From: Candidatus Obscuribacterales bacterium
GTDB lineage: Bacteria; Cyanobacteriota; Vampirovibrionia; Obscuribacterales; Obscuribacteraceae
DNA: 64,000 bases
Assembly (NCBI GenBank): GCA_965228855.1
Contig: CBDDIJ010000003.1
Span: 576,001 to 640,000, forward strand
Reading direction: 5' to 3'
Within the stretch, counting starts at the first letter, position 1, and each line of letters begins with the position of its first letter. The position numbers and the translations under genes were made by a program. Under the pieces are notes generated by a model. That model did no database searches and was not told where the DNA came from. It was given only the letters and a program-made list of their open reading frames with translations. Below, in pieces: positions 40,931 through 50,898 of the stretch.

Positions 40931-41743
40931 ATGCTCGTTTTGAAACTAGTTAGCAGTCTAGCTCTGTGCTCGTTGACGATTTTGTCAGCCATAGCCAGGG
41001 CACCGGATGGTGGTGCTACTCGGCGACGCCAACCTGCCGGTTTGGAAGCAATTCCATCCGGTGCTCATTTGGAATTGAAACAGATTCATCGAATCTATGG
41101 AAAGGTCAACGTACAAGTCACCAGGGACGGTGCACTCTTAAAAGGCGAAAACACTGATTATACTTTCGTCTGTCGTGCGCCTTCGTGGGACATGGTTCTG
41201 TTTTCCGACAAGAGACATATGGTTGCGCGTCGCTCTCGCGCAGATTGGTCAAAGAAAGGTATTAAAACGGCCCTGAGCATTATGGACAACTCCGCGCTGC
41301 ATAAGTGGCCGCGCACTCTTGTCGCAACTAAGAATTATCATGGTCTGAAATCCTGTGTGTATGCGTTTCCGTATAAATATGAGAACGGGTATCCGGCGGA
41401 CTTAAAACATGGAAAGTTCGGTGAGTACATTTTGTCTGATTCCAAGTTGGCTCGCGCCGAAGTGGTGTCTTTTCTGCAGGCTCTATATGATTGTCCGCCC
41501 GCTGACGGCATTCCGCTCAAGCTAGCTAAGTATGCCCAGGGTAATAGCTTCGGTCTCGGTTTGAATTACAACAAAAAGGAAGACATCGTTTCAATTTTGG
41601 AGACGGTGTCGACTGCGTTGATCAACAAACCTCTCGATATCTCCACGGCTCACACTAAGAATTACAAGCTCGTCTCTGAAAGCGACATCGTCGTGAAGCA
41701 TGACGATCTGTCAGATGCCTTTCAGCACCTGGTCGATGAGTAG
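40931..41743 (+). CDS. Exported hypothetical protein
   Basis: 270-aa ORF with a signal peptide. Confidence 0.7.
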   Translation: MLVLKLVSSLALCSLTILSAIARAPDGGATRRRQPAGLEAIPSGAHLELKQIHRIYGKVNVQVTRDGALLKGENTDYTFVCRAPSWDMVLFSDKRHMVARRSRADWSKKGIKTALSIMDNSALHKWPRTLVATKNYHGLKSCVYAFPYKYENGYPADLKHGKFGEYILSDSKLARAEVVSFLQALYDCPPADGIPLKLAKYAQGNSFGLGLNYNKKEDIVSILETVSTALINKPLDISTAHTKNYKLVSESDIVVKHDDLSDAFQHLVDE

Positions 41744-41801
41744 CGTTTGGCGAAATCGAGGTCGTTTGCGCGTAGGCTCGAATTCCTTCACTCTACAAGC
41801 A

Positions 41802-42065
41802 TTACCGCGATTCTGCGACGGGATGTTCATCGACAGTAGGTGAATGCTTTTGTGTGCGAGGCGACAATTTTTCTCCCGCGAGAATGTATGGAGACAAACA
41901 GCAAGTGCACCCATCCGCAATACCGGTATTGGTGCCTTCCTGAATTGCTCGTGTCGTTTTGGGCAGGAGTTTCTGGTGGTTTTTTGGAACGTTTTCGGAC
42001 GCTAGACAAGCCGAAGCCAGGCTTGATAAAGCGAGGATTAGCGCCAAACCAAAAGAAGTTCTCAT
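41802..42065 (-). CDS. Small exported hypothetical protein
   Basis: Signal-like N-terminus; start abuts the stop of the upstream regulator. Confidence 0.4.
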   Translation of the reverse strand: MRTSFGLALILALSSLASACLASENVPKNHQKLLPKTTRAIQEGTNTGIADGCTCCLSPYILAGEKLSPRTQKHSPTVDEHPVAESR

Positions 42066-42865
42066 TAGCGACCCATGTCGGCGAGGGTCTTTGTCGCGTT
42101 GGCGGATACGTATACGTTCTCATCCGTTGATAGTTTTTCGAGAACATGAACAGGCAATTTTCTGTTCATAGACAAACCCAGTCGCACGTCATCATCCGGA
42201 TCTGATACCAGATTTTCTAATGCCGCTTCGGGGATGTTTGGATTCTCTGCGGCTGCGAGTCTGACTTCGACGCTTTCGTCTTCGGCAAGTTTTTTCATAA
42301 TGCTGGCAGGAGCATTTTCGTTTTCCGCGACGCGGCGTCGCACCTTTTCATCGCCATCACCGGAAAGTTGAACAAGAACCGACTCGGATGTGTGCGGATT
42401 GCCAGCGAGAACCAGCTTGATGAGCGCGTCTTCGCCGCCGGCGCCTGAGTGACCGCCCAGCTCGTTTTCGAGTTGGTGAATCAAACGCAGCAGCGCTGAG
42501 AGTTTTTGAGCAGTGACTGGTTTTGCTACGTAATAGTTCATCTTCAGCTTGAGCGCTTCTTGAACATCTTCGTCTTGCTGCGAAACTGTGAGCAAAACGA
42601 CTGGAATTTTTTTCAACACGTCGTCTGCCTTTATTTCGGCGAGAACCTCGTGCCCGTTTTTCTTCGGCATGTTCAAATCGAGCAAAATTACGTCCGGCAG
42701 TTTTGAAGCCGACTTTGCTTTTTCCAGAAACTCTGTTGCTTGCTCACCATCGTTGACCACGCTGAGTTCGTAAGTGAGTTCCGATCGCTTCAAAGCTTCT
42801 TCCGTCAACCTGACGTCGGAAGGTGTATCTTCGACGAGCAGTATCTCAATCTTCTCTTTCATCAA
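42065..42865 (-). CDS. Rcp1-like response regulator fused to LRV/HEAT repeats
   Basis: ILLVED, PDVILLDLNMPKKNG.EVL..IK, KP; C-terminal repeats L..D....VR..VA.N.N.P. Confidence 0.88.
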   Translation of the reverse strand: MMKEKIEILLVEDTPSDVRLTEEALKRSELTYELSVVNDGEQATEFLEKAKSASKLPDVILLDLNMPKKNGHEVLAEIKADDVLKKIPVVLLTVSQQDEDVQEALKLKMNYYVAKPVTAQKLSALLRLIHQLENELGGHSGAGGEDALIKLVLAGNPHTSESVLVQLSGDGDEKVRRRVAENENAPASIMKKLAEDESVEVRLAAAENPNIPEAALENLVSDPDDDVRLGLSMNRKLPVHVLEKLSTDENVYVSANATKTLADMGR

Positions 42866-44355
42866 TGTGCTCCTTGATTGTGTGCAGCAGGTAGTGTGAA
42901 CAGAAAAATTGAACCTTCTCCCGGGACTGATTCAACTGAGATTGTTCCTCCGTGTGACTTAACGATTCTTTTGCAGATCGCCAGCCCCATTCCGGTCCCG
43001 GAATACTCCGTCTTGCCGTGAAGCCGAGAGAACATATCGAAAATCTTGTCCGTGTACTTGGGATCTATTCCGATGCCGTTGTCACGTACCGAGAATAACC
43101 AGAAATCTCCGCTTATATCGACTTTTATGTAAATATGCGGCGGTTCTTCCTTACTTCGATATTTTAGCGCGTTACTGATCAAATTCTGAAAAAGCTGCAC
43201 AAGATGTGATCGTTCCACCCTGACTTCCGGAAGATTGTCTATTTCAAAGACGGCTTCGGTCTCGCGAATGGTCGCGCTTAAATTAGTTAGCACATCTTCT
43301 ATGACGTCGTTGCACTTTGTCACGTGCACTTCGGAGCTGTCCCGGTGAATACTCGAGTGTGTCAGAACCGACTGAATCAGGTTTTGCATCCGAGCTGTTC
43401 CGTCCAAAATAAAATCTACAAACTCGGTCGCATCTTTATCGAGTTTTCCGTCAGTATTTTCCTTTAAAAGATTGGCGAACCCTTGCACCGCCCGCAGTGG
43501 CTCTTGCAGGTCGTGCGACGCAATTTTTGCAAACTGTTTTAGTTCCTCATTGCTTTGAGTAAGGCGCTCTGTCCGCTCCGCAACCTTTCGTTCCAGCTCC
43601 TCGTTTAAACGCTTTCTATCTGTAATGTCTCGGACGAACGCGCAGTAGAGGTAATCAACTTCCTCTCGAATCTTGAAGATTACAAATTCAATCGGAAACT
43701 GTCTGCCATCCTTATCAACTGCTTGGAGTTCGTAATTCGCTCGCAAAACGCTTCTCGACTGTTTATCAAAGCGTTTTTCTACTAGCTGAGCGTACTGCTT
43801 TCGAAAGTGTTTCGGAACGATTGATGACAGCGGTTTTCCCATCATCTCTTGTTTCGTCCAACCGAAAGTAGTTTCGGCCTGGGGGTTCCAATCCGTAATA
43901 TTCCAATTCTCGTCGGCAGCTATGAATGCGTCATAAGAGTTTTCCAGAATGATGCGAAGACGTTTTTCGCTCTTCAGGAGTGCTTGACCAACTTTGGTTT
44001 CCTCAATTGCAAACTCGATTCGGCGATGAATTGCTTCGCAGCTGGCGCTGCTCTTCAGGACGTGACCTTGCGCACCACCCTCGATGGCTTTAAGGGCTAG
44101 TTCTTCTTCGTCAATATCGGTCGAAACGATTATGGGAACGCCTGGCGCGACTTCTCTCACGCGATTGTATGTTTCAATACCATGACTGTCCGCCAGGCTA
44201 AGGTCTAAAAAGATGGCATCGAAAGTTCCTTCTGCAAGACTCGCAAAGGTCTCCGCCAGGTTTGTCGCTGTTTCAACCTTAAGCCCACGAGCGGTGAGCC
44301 CGGTTTTCAGTTCTTTTAGAAGCTTTTGGCTGCCTTCGACCAGAAGAACGTGCAT
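42862..44355 (-). CDS. Cytoplasmic REC-PAS histidine kinase (Cph1/BphP-type kinase core)
   Basis: N-terminal receiver, PAS (WNPQAE.TFGW), ASHDLQEPLR, QLFQNLISNALKY, DNGIGI, GTGMGLAICK. Confidence 0.93.
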   Translation of the reverse strand: MHVLLVEGSQKLLKELKTGLTARGLKVETATNLAETFASLAEGTFDAIFLDLSLADSHGIETYNRVREVAPGVPIIVSTDIDEEELALKAIEGGAQGHVLKSSASCEAIHRRIEFAIEETKVGQALLKSEKRLRIILENSYDAFIAADENWNITDWNPQAETTFGWTKQEMMGKPLSSIVPKHFRKQYAQLVEKRFDKQSRSVLRANYELQAVDKDGRQFPIEFVIFKIREEVDYLYCAFVRDITDRKRLNEELERKVAERTERLTQSNEELKQFAKIASHDLQEPLRAVQGFANLLKENTDGKLDKDATEFVDFILDGTARMQNLIQSVLTHSSIHRDSSEVHVTKCNDVIEDVLTNLSATIRETEAVFEIDNLPEVRVERSHLVQLFQNLISNALKYRSKEEPPHIYIKVDISGDFWLFSVRDNGIGIDPKYTDKIFDMFSRLHGKTEYSGTGMGLAICKRIVKSHGGTISVESVPGEGSIFLFTLPAAHNQGAH

Positions 44356-44534
44356 AATCGAGTCTCATTGAAGGTCCTGAGAAGACCACTATATAGGATT
44401 TGTGCTTGCGGTGGGTAGAGAGATCGCCTTTGGGGCGAATCGATTTAGGCAACATCCCGGTCGTCAATGAAATCGTTTTGTAGTTCAGGTGTACCACGTA
44501 CTCGTTTAGCTCCGTATTTGGTGCTTTATCTCAG

Positions 44535-44885
44535 CTAATGCGACTCCGCTTCCTCGCGTTTGGCCAGGAACTCATCGACATCCGCCGAAGCTTTCGCTGC
44601 TATCGTTTTCTCATCAGAGTACACTTTCCGTCGGTGCGCGACCCGCAATACCAGCACAGTGATTGTGATTGTTTCTTTTGAGACGTAACAGATGACTCGT
44701 ATGTCTCCAACTCGATAGCGATGAAAGCCTCCAAGCTTTCCTGTTAGAGCTTTTCCAACTGTTGTCGGATCTTCCAATACGGACACTCTCTCGTCCATGT
44801 AGTCGAGAATGCTTTTAGCTAGCTGCTTATCGAGCTTCTTAAGCCCTTTCAGAGCGCTATCGGAATATTCAATCGTCCAGGCCAA
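44535..44885 (-). CDS. relE: Type II toxin, RelE/ParE family
   Basis: W.IEYS..A.K.LKKLD, GK.L.G.L.G..RYRVGD.R.I, V.HR..VY. Confidence 0.92.
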   Translation of the reverse strand: MAWTIEYSDSALKGLKKLDKQLAKSILDYMDERVSVLEDPTTVGKALTGKLGGFHRYRVGDIRVICYVSKETITITVLVLRVAHRRKVYSDEKTIAAKASADVDEFLAKREEAESH

Positions 44886-45096
44886 GATGCTCTCTCACTG
44901 ACTCGGCGCTGTGCGTTTTTTCTCGGCCAGCGCGAACGCGCTCTAATGTAGCGCTCGCTAGATAATAGTCTTCTAGTTCATCCAGATGACTTTCGACCAG
45001 TTCTCGGATGTAATAGCTCTTGCTGCGTCCTGTCAATCGAGCTAACTCATCCAAGCGCTTCTCAATTTGTTCGTTGAATCGAACTGAAGTCGTCAT
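44869..45096 (-). CDS. relB: Type II antitoxin, ribbon-helix-helix (RelB/DUF6290-like)
   Basis: TSVRF...IEKRLD.LA..TGRSKSYYIRE.V...L.ELEDYYLA; overlaps the toxin start. Confidence 0.9.
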   Translation of the reverse strand: MTTSVRFNEQIEKRLDELARLTGRSKSYYIRELVESHLDELEDYYLASATLERVRAGREKTHSAESVREHLGLDD

Positions 45097-45108
45097 CTTT
45101 TCTTACCT

Positions 45109-45135
45109 TGTAATACATGTATTAAGTGTAATACA
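45109..45135. promoter_or_regulatory. Toxin-antitoxin operator
   Basis: Perfect palindrome TAATACATGTATTA (45111-45124) and two TGTAATACA units (45109-45117, 45127-45135) just upstream of the antitoxin start. Confidence 0.75.
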
Positions 45136-45252
45136 AATTGGCAAAAATGGCAACTATTCACGCTTTGCCGAGAAAATAGCTTGCGATTGTTCCTTGTCCA
45201 TAGTGACAAATCAACGCAAATGTCCAAAGAACGCTCCGCAAAAGAACGAGCG

Positions 45253-47184
45253 CTACATCGCCAGTGGCCGTCTAGCCACTGGCGCGAATCCATCACTAAA
45301 GTCACCGATTTCACCGACCTTGTCTCCGATTTCGAAGACCGTGCGACCGGTCTTATCGATGAAGTATTTTTTCTCACCAGTTTCGACGTATGCGACGCCG
45401 TCTTTGAAATTTCTCGCATGACTGAACGCAGGCTCAATAACCACGGTTCCCGTCTTATCGATAAATCCGCACAGATATTTCGCCCTCATCTCTTCATAGC
45501 TGACATCAGATGGTGGCGGTGTCGGGTAAACCCAAGCATATCCCTCACTGAAAACGCAGGCCTCGTAGAATTGGAACGGTATCGCCAACTCTCCGGAACG
45601 ATTCAGGAAACCATATAGCCCCTTCGAACGAACCAACAACATCCCCTCACAGAACTGACTCAACGTCGGATCAAAATCGTGACTATGGTCACCGCGTGAC
45701 AATGACCGTTCAAATTCTTCCGGCGGCCCTGCATACAAGTATCCATCGTACTTCTCATTAAATGGTCGCCAGGCGGGACCTGACTTTGTCGTTCCGGTCA
45801 ATTCGCGTAAAACGCGATTGAGATCTATCGCAACCTTTCCGTTTCGGTCTAGGTATTTGACCATTTCCCGATTCACGACGGTCTCATAGGTTACAGTTTT
45901 TGCGAGCCCGTCGGAGAAGACGCCAGCCTCCTCGAACTCGAAGTCTGTGACCGCCTCTCCGTGCAGATCAATGAAGGCAATTTTTCCGTTCAAGCTAACT
46001 GCGGCTCTCTCTTCTCGAAACGACAATACTGTTTCGTAACTTGGAGAGACAACCCACTCACCATCCTTGTTGATAAAACCCCACACGCCACCCCATCGCA
46101 CCGCGGCAAGTCCGTTGCTAAATGGCCGCGCATCCTCGAACGCGGCCTGAATCGTAAACTCCCCATGAACATCAATGTATCCCCATCTCTCGTCGATGAG
46201 AACATTCGCAAGATCTTCTGAGAACGTTTCCGCCCACCGAAACGATTTTCCGAAAACATCCTTTCCATTCTTGTCGAGGAACTTCGCATCGCAATATCCC
46301 TGGGAACAAAACACGCCGCTCGCAAACTTAGCCGAAATCATTATATCGTCGGTCTCGAACAAGAACTTGCCAGTCTTGTCGATGACACCACTCCTCTCGT
46401 GCACATACGAATTCGGATTCGCGTCGAATTGCTTTTTCAAGACTCTCACCGAGCGCCGCAACTGGAACTGGTAATACTTGGTGAATATTGGTTCGAGCCA
46501 TTGATACTTTTGATACAGTAGCTGCAATGGGCGTCTCAGGGTGGTCCGAATATTGTACAGAGCACTTCTGGCGTCGCGATTTGTTGGTTCCAAGGCGAGA
46601 GCCTGATCAAACCAAGATTTAGCCCGCAGCAGCTTAACTCTATTCAGCCACAGATTTCCGATTGCCACAATTGCATCAATGTAATTTGGGTTGAACGTAT
46701 AGACTTTCTCATAGCAATTTAGCGCTGCGCGGAAATGTCCTTGGTCCTCGTAAAGTTCGGCGAGGGTCATGTAACCCGGCTCAAATTTCGGATGTCGTAC
46801 CACACATTGCTGCGCAAGAGAGTATGCGATTTCACGAGAGTTCGAGTCCGCGTTCTCGCCGCCGCGGGAACGACGATGCGCATTGCGCGCCAGAAGATTG
46901 AGTTCCACTGCCTCAACCGATGGTATCACGGATGGTAGCTTGGTCTTTCGCATGTGCACGACGCGTTCTCTTTCCTCTGCGTCGAGGGCTTCGGCACGCT
47001 TGAGACATTCAAACGCATGATGAATCCAGCTGTTTTTCGAATATCTCCAACCGAGCCAGTAGTACTCCTCCGCAAATAGTTCGTCAGGAATCTGTAACGG
47101 CAGTTGACCGTCGTAAGGAGTCTCCAGCTGTTCCAGAACCGAATATAGTTTGATCAAATCGTTGAAGTCGATTTCGTTTGGCAT
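45253..47184 (-). CDS. TPR plus WG-repeat (KWG-like) protein, paralog 1
   Basis: N-terminal TPRs; repeats FSEDLA..., WGYID..G, WGFINKDG, YGFLNRSG, GFIDKTG. Confidence 0.85.
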   Translation of the reverse strand: MPNEIDFNDLIKLYSVLEQLETPYDGQLPLQIPDELFAEEYYWLGWRYSKNSWIHHAFECLKRAEALDAEERERVVHMRKTKLPSVIPSVEAVELNLLARNAHRRSRGGENADSNSREIAYSLAQQCVVRHPKFEPGYMTLAELYEDQGHFRAALNCYEKVYTFNPNYIDAIVAIGNLWLNRVKLLRAKSWFDQALALEPTNRDARSALYNIRTTLRRPLQLLYQKYQWLEPIFTKYYQFQLRRSVRVLKKQFDANPNSYVHERSGVIDKTGKFLFETDDIMISAKFASGVFCSQGYCDAKFLDKNGKDVFGKSFRWAETFSEDLANVLIDERWGYIDVHGEFTIQAAFEDARPFSNGLAAVRWGGVWGFINKDGEWVVSPSYETVLSFREERAAVSLNGKIAFIDLHGEAVTDFEFEEAGVFSDGLAKTVTYETVVNREMVKYLDRNGKVAIDLNRVLRELTGTTKSGPAWRPFNEKYDGYLYAGPPEEFERSLSRGDHSHDFDPTLSQFCEGMLLVRSKGLYGFLNRSGELAIPFQFYEACVFSEGYAWVYPTPPPSDVSYEEMRAKYLCGFIDKTGTVVIEPAFSHARNFKDGVAYVETGEKKYFIDKTGRTVFEIGDKVGEIGDFSDGFAPVARRPLAM

Positions 47185-47246
47185 GGAGTTAATCTCGCGG
47201 CACCCAAAGTGTGGTCATTTGAAATTGCAGTATCTGCATCCACTGA

Positions 47247-49199
47247 TTAGAGAAATAAACGACGAGGCCTCTCCACGGCCGCCAACACGCCGTGGAAGTC
47301 GCCCACACGTCCAACGTTCTTGCCAAGCTCGAACACCTTGTTTCCCGCCTTGTCGATAAACCACCTGTGCTTATAATCATCATACACATAAGCGAGCCCA
47401 CTGCTAAATGACCGCGCGTGATGCCCCGGTTCTAGCCGAATTGCGATCTGCCCGTTGTCGTCGATGTAAGCCAATGTAATTTTCATACTGTCCGTTCGAT
47501 CAAGGCGTACAACCTCCACCTTATCGAGCGACACGAGCGCCAACCCGTCAGCAAATGCGGCGCCGATATAAAATTCAACTGGTATCACAAGCGCACCGCT
47601 GCGATCCAAGTAACCACACTTGCTTCCTTGATTCACTTTCAATCTGCCATTGGAGAATTGATTCGTCGGCTTCTCAAAAATCATGCGACGCACCGATGAA
47701 GTCAATGTATGCCGCGACTTACCCGGTCCCGCAAACAAGTATTCATCAGTATTTCGATACCGGTCGTTCGCCTCACGACCATACCCGATCGTATTTTCGC
47801 CGAACAAATCGAGATACACACTATTCAGATCAAAAGAAATCTCGCCGTCGCGATCCAGAAATTTGACCGAGTGCCGCTCGACTTCGGTTTCGTACTTAAC
47901 CGTCCTCGCCAGCCCGTCCGCAAAGCGGCCGACCTCATCAAACTCGAAATCGGTAATCGGTTGTCCACGCGAATCGACAATCGCAATCTTGCCATTGAGG
48001 CTGACAGCCGCCCGTCCCTCCGAAAACGCTAGAACATTCTCGAACCTCGGCTCGACAACCCACTCCCCCTTATTGTCGATGAAGCCCCAAAGCCCATTGT
48101 GCCGCGCCGCGGCAAGCCCGTCGCTGAACCTGCCGACATCCTCAAATTGCGGCTCGATCGCAAAATGTCCGTGACGCTCAATGAATCCCCACTTCTCACT
48201 GACAAGAACAGACGCAAGATTCTCCGAGAAATCCTCCGCCCATCGAAACTCACGCCCGCCGAAGGCGTCATTACCGCTCTTGTCGACAAACGACGCACTC
48301 TGCCTTTTCTGAACGCAATAGAAAAACGCATCGGAGAATTTCGATTCAGCTCTGACACCATCATGGTGAAAGACAAAATTTCCGCTTCGGTCGATAAACC
48401 CACTACGCTCCTTTCTGGGGAGCAAATTTGGATTCTCCTCTTTTTTGAGATGCGCGTCGCGCAAAAGTTTCCTTAAAGCTTTTTGGTGCTGCCACTCTGC
48501 AATCGCGCTCACCCACGCGTATTTGCAGCTAAGAAGCCACATCGGCTTGTTCAAAAAGTTTTGAACGCTGTTGAGCCGAATCTCCGCCGCCGAATTTTCA
48601 GGGTTGCATTCTAGCGCTTTCTCGAACCAAGCTTTTGCCTTGAGTATCTTGACCCGCCGCAACCATACTCCGCCAAGCTGTACCATCGCTTCTACGCAAA
48701 ATGGATTACGTTCTAACGCTTTCTCGTACGCCGCAATTGCTGCTCGGTGCTCGTTTCGAATGTCTTCCAGCTCGCCTAGGGTCAAGTGACTACCATCAAA
48801 GTCAGGAAAACGCTGCACACAATATTTTGCTAGCGCATACGCCGAATCAAACGACCTCTGTTCGTTGTAGTTCCTGCTTCTTGTGGCGTGAAACTCATTC
48901 CGCGCCAGGAGATTCGCTTCCACTGCTTCAACTGATGGTATCATTGGCGGTAGCGTTATTTTTTGCAAATGCTCGATGTGATCTTTCCATTCCGGATTGA
49001 GCGCTGCTGCGCGCCGCAAAGTTTCATTGGCATGATGAACCCAGCGATAGTGAATGTACTTCTCCGCCAACCGATAATACTCGTCCGCTGTCAACTGCTC
49101 CGGAACACGCAAAGGAAGCCGCTGTTCACGCGTGTCATGCAGCTTCTCCAAAATGGTGTAGCGCTCGATGAGTTTATTGAGGTCGATTTCGTTTGGCAT
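47247..49199 (-). CDS. TPR plus WG-repeat (KWG-like) protein, paralog 2
   Basis: Same architecture; both paralogs begin MPNEID and share IPSVEAVE.NLLARN. Confidence 0.85.
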   Translation of the reverse strand: MPNEIDLNKLIERYTILEKLHDTREQRLPLRVPEQLTADEYYRLAEKYIHYRWVHHANETLRRAAALNPEWKDHIEHLQKITLPPMIPSVEAVEANLLARNEFHATRSRNYNEQRSFDSAYALAKYCVQRFPDFDGSHLTLGELEDIRNEHRAAIAAYEKALERNPFCVEAMVQLGGVWLRRVKILKAKAWFEKALECNPENSAAEIRLNSVQNFLNKPMWLLSCKYAWVSAIAEWQHQKALRKLLRDAHLKKEENPNLLPRKERSGFIDRSGNFVFHHDGVRAESKFSDAFFYCVQKRQSASFVDKSGNDAFGGREFRWAEDFSENLASVLVSEKWGFIERHGHFAIEPQFEDVGRFSDGLAAARHNGLWGFIDNKGEWVVEPRFENVLAFSEGRAAVSLNGKIAIVDSRGQPITDFEFDEVGRFADGLARTVKYETEVERHSVKFLDRDGEISFDLNSVYLDLFGENTIGYGREANDRYRNTDEYLFAGPGKSRHTLTSSVRRMIFEKPTNQFSNGRLKVNQGSKCGYLDRSGALVIPVEFYIGAAFADGLALVSLDKVEVVRLDRTDSMKITLAYIDDNGQIAIRLEPGHHARSFSSGLAYVYDDYKHRWFIDKAGNKVFELGKNVGRVGDFHGVLAAVERPRRLFL

Positions 49200-49250
49200 A
49201 GAACTAATCTCGCTGCACCGGATGCGGAGCAGAGAATTCTGGTTGATCTT

Positions 49251-49904
49251 CTAATTTGAAATTCTCGTGGCTTCCCACTCGCCAACTATGGAACCATCAG
49301 TTTTAGATTTGCCAAACTCATCCACTTTCTTGGGATCAGGTTGGATGATCTTGACCTTTCCAATGATCTTTACCGTGCCGTCTTTTGAATTCACAACTTT
49401 GCCGATATAAGATTGCCAGCGCATAGGTGGATTATGAGCGGGCGGCGTTTTAAATTCGATTGCTGTTGGAGATATGAAAGTCCCCTCGACAGTTTCCGGC
49501 TTCCAGTTGGTTGGACTTATGCCCGGTTTTACATCGCGCAGCCGTACAACTGTTATTGTGCCGCTTAAATGCTTTCCGTCTTGGTGTAATTCAAGAGTTT
49601 CATCGAGATCTGGGATCTTCGAGATTCCCATGTAGCGCCCGAAGCGGCGATGAATCATTTCATAGCGACCTTCAAGCTGCGCTGGAATAAAGTTCGGATC
49701 AGTCGATGCCGCGAAGGCAGGATCCTCCGGTTCCTTTGTGTCAAAAAGAACAATACTTTTTCCATCTCGCTTCTTCGGTTTCGCAGAAAGTTTGACGTTT
49801 ATCTTTAGATTGGCAGCGATGAAAATGCCCACGGCAAATAGCGTCAGCAGAAGCGCAACGGCGCTGCCAAAAATCCAAATCATCTTTGCTGACGGTTTCT
49901 GCAT
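49251..49904 (-). CDS. Membrane-anchored hypothetical protein
   Basis: N-terminal TM segment followed by a beta-rich domain. Confidence 0.65.
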   Translation of the reverse strand: MQKPSAKMIWIFGSAVALLLTLFAVGIFIAANLKINVKLSAKPKKRDGKSIVLFDTKEPEDPAFAASTDPNFIPAQLEGRYEMIHRRFGRYMGISKIPDLDETLELHQDGKHLSGTITVVRLRDVKPGISPTNWKPETVEGTFISPTAIEFKTPPAHNPPMRWQSYIGKVVNSKDGTVKIIGKVKIIQPDPKKVDEFGKSKTDGSIVGEWEATRISN

Positions 49905-49932
49905 CTTCTGATTCTACCACCAAGCAGAAACA

Positions 49933-50808
49933 CTAAGCCGCGATTTCTTGCTCCGCGACAATCATTGTTCCCGAACTTCCCGGTTTCAGAATTGCAGACA
50001 AAAGGTCTCCTTCGTTTTCGGCGCTGGCGATAAGGATTGAACCTATGCCCTTCTTGATTCCTGACGCGCAGTTTCTTACTTTTGGAATCATGCCACCACT
50101 GATGATGCCGCTCTCGATCAGGACGCTGATTTCGTCCAGCGAAATAGTCGGGATGACGTGATCTTTATCCATTAAGATCCCGGGAACATCTGTGATGTAT
50201 ACCAGCTTATCTGCGTGCAGACCGACGGCTGCCGCCATCGCGACATTGTCTGCGTTTACATTATAAAGCTGGCCGCTCTCATCATGCGCGAGTGATGCAA
50301 TTACTGGAAGCGAATCATCCAGGATTGCCATAAGTTTTTCACTGTCGACGCCGGAGATTTCACCGACCCAGCCGATATCCAGTTTTGCGCCGGAGCTGCA
50401 GGCGATAATTTTCTTTTTCGCGGTAAACATTCCCTGCGTTTTTGAATTGATCGCCGTTGCGTTGATTCCGAGATTGTTCAGTTTCGTGACTAGCGTTTCA
50501 TTCAACTCGTCGAGCACTTTCTGCGCAATAGCAAGAACGTTGTCGTCAGTCACACGCAAGCCCTCGATGAAGTGCGGCTTCTCACCGGTCTCCGCGATCG
50601 CTTTGGAGATAGCAGGTCCGCCACCGTGAACGAGAACGACTTTTGCACCGGTTTCAGAAATCACGGCGACTTCATTGACTAGGCTCATCATTGCTTGTTC
50701 GCTGGTCAGCGTGCTGCCGCCAATTTTGATGACGACGATTTCTTGAGTCTTGGGAGTGGGCTGTGAAACGATTTTGTTTTGAATCTTTGCTTGGCTAACT
50801 TTTGTCAT
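49933..50808 (-). CDS. argB: Acetylglutamate kinase
   Basis: VVIKIGG, VHGGGP, GLRVTD, YNVNAD, TDVPG, GGMIPKV. Confidence 0.96.
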   Translation of the reverse strand: MTKVSQAKIQNKIVSQPTPKTQEIVVIKIGGSTLTSEQAMMSLVNEVAVISETGAKVVLVHGGGPAISKAIAETGEKPHFIEGLRVTDDNVLAIAQKVLDELNETLVTKLNNLGINATAINSKTQGMFTAKKKIIACSSGAKLDIGWVGEISGVDSEKLMAILDDSLPVIASLAHDESGQLYNVNADNVAMAAAVGLHADKLVYITDVPGILMDKDHVIPTISLDEISVLIESGIISGGMIPKVRNCASGIKKGIGSILIASAENEGDLLSAILKPGSSGTMIVAEQEIAA

Positions 50809-50898
50809 GATAAAAACTCCTGGAAAAATTTTCTGTCTCGTTCAAATCAGGTGCTTCGGTGGTTCGATAGCTGAAGCGAACCGGCACCGCGCGCGGTA

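Noticed and set aside
44535..49904. relBE plus WG genes as a mobile element
   Set aside because: No integrase, transposase, tRNA anchor or flanking direct repeats seen.
50850..50888. Hairpin between argJ and argB as a terminator
   Set aside because: No adjacent U-tract and it lies inside an operon; at most an mRNA stability element.
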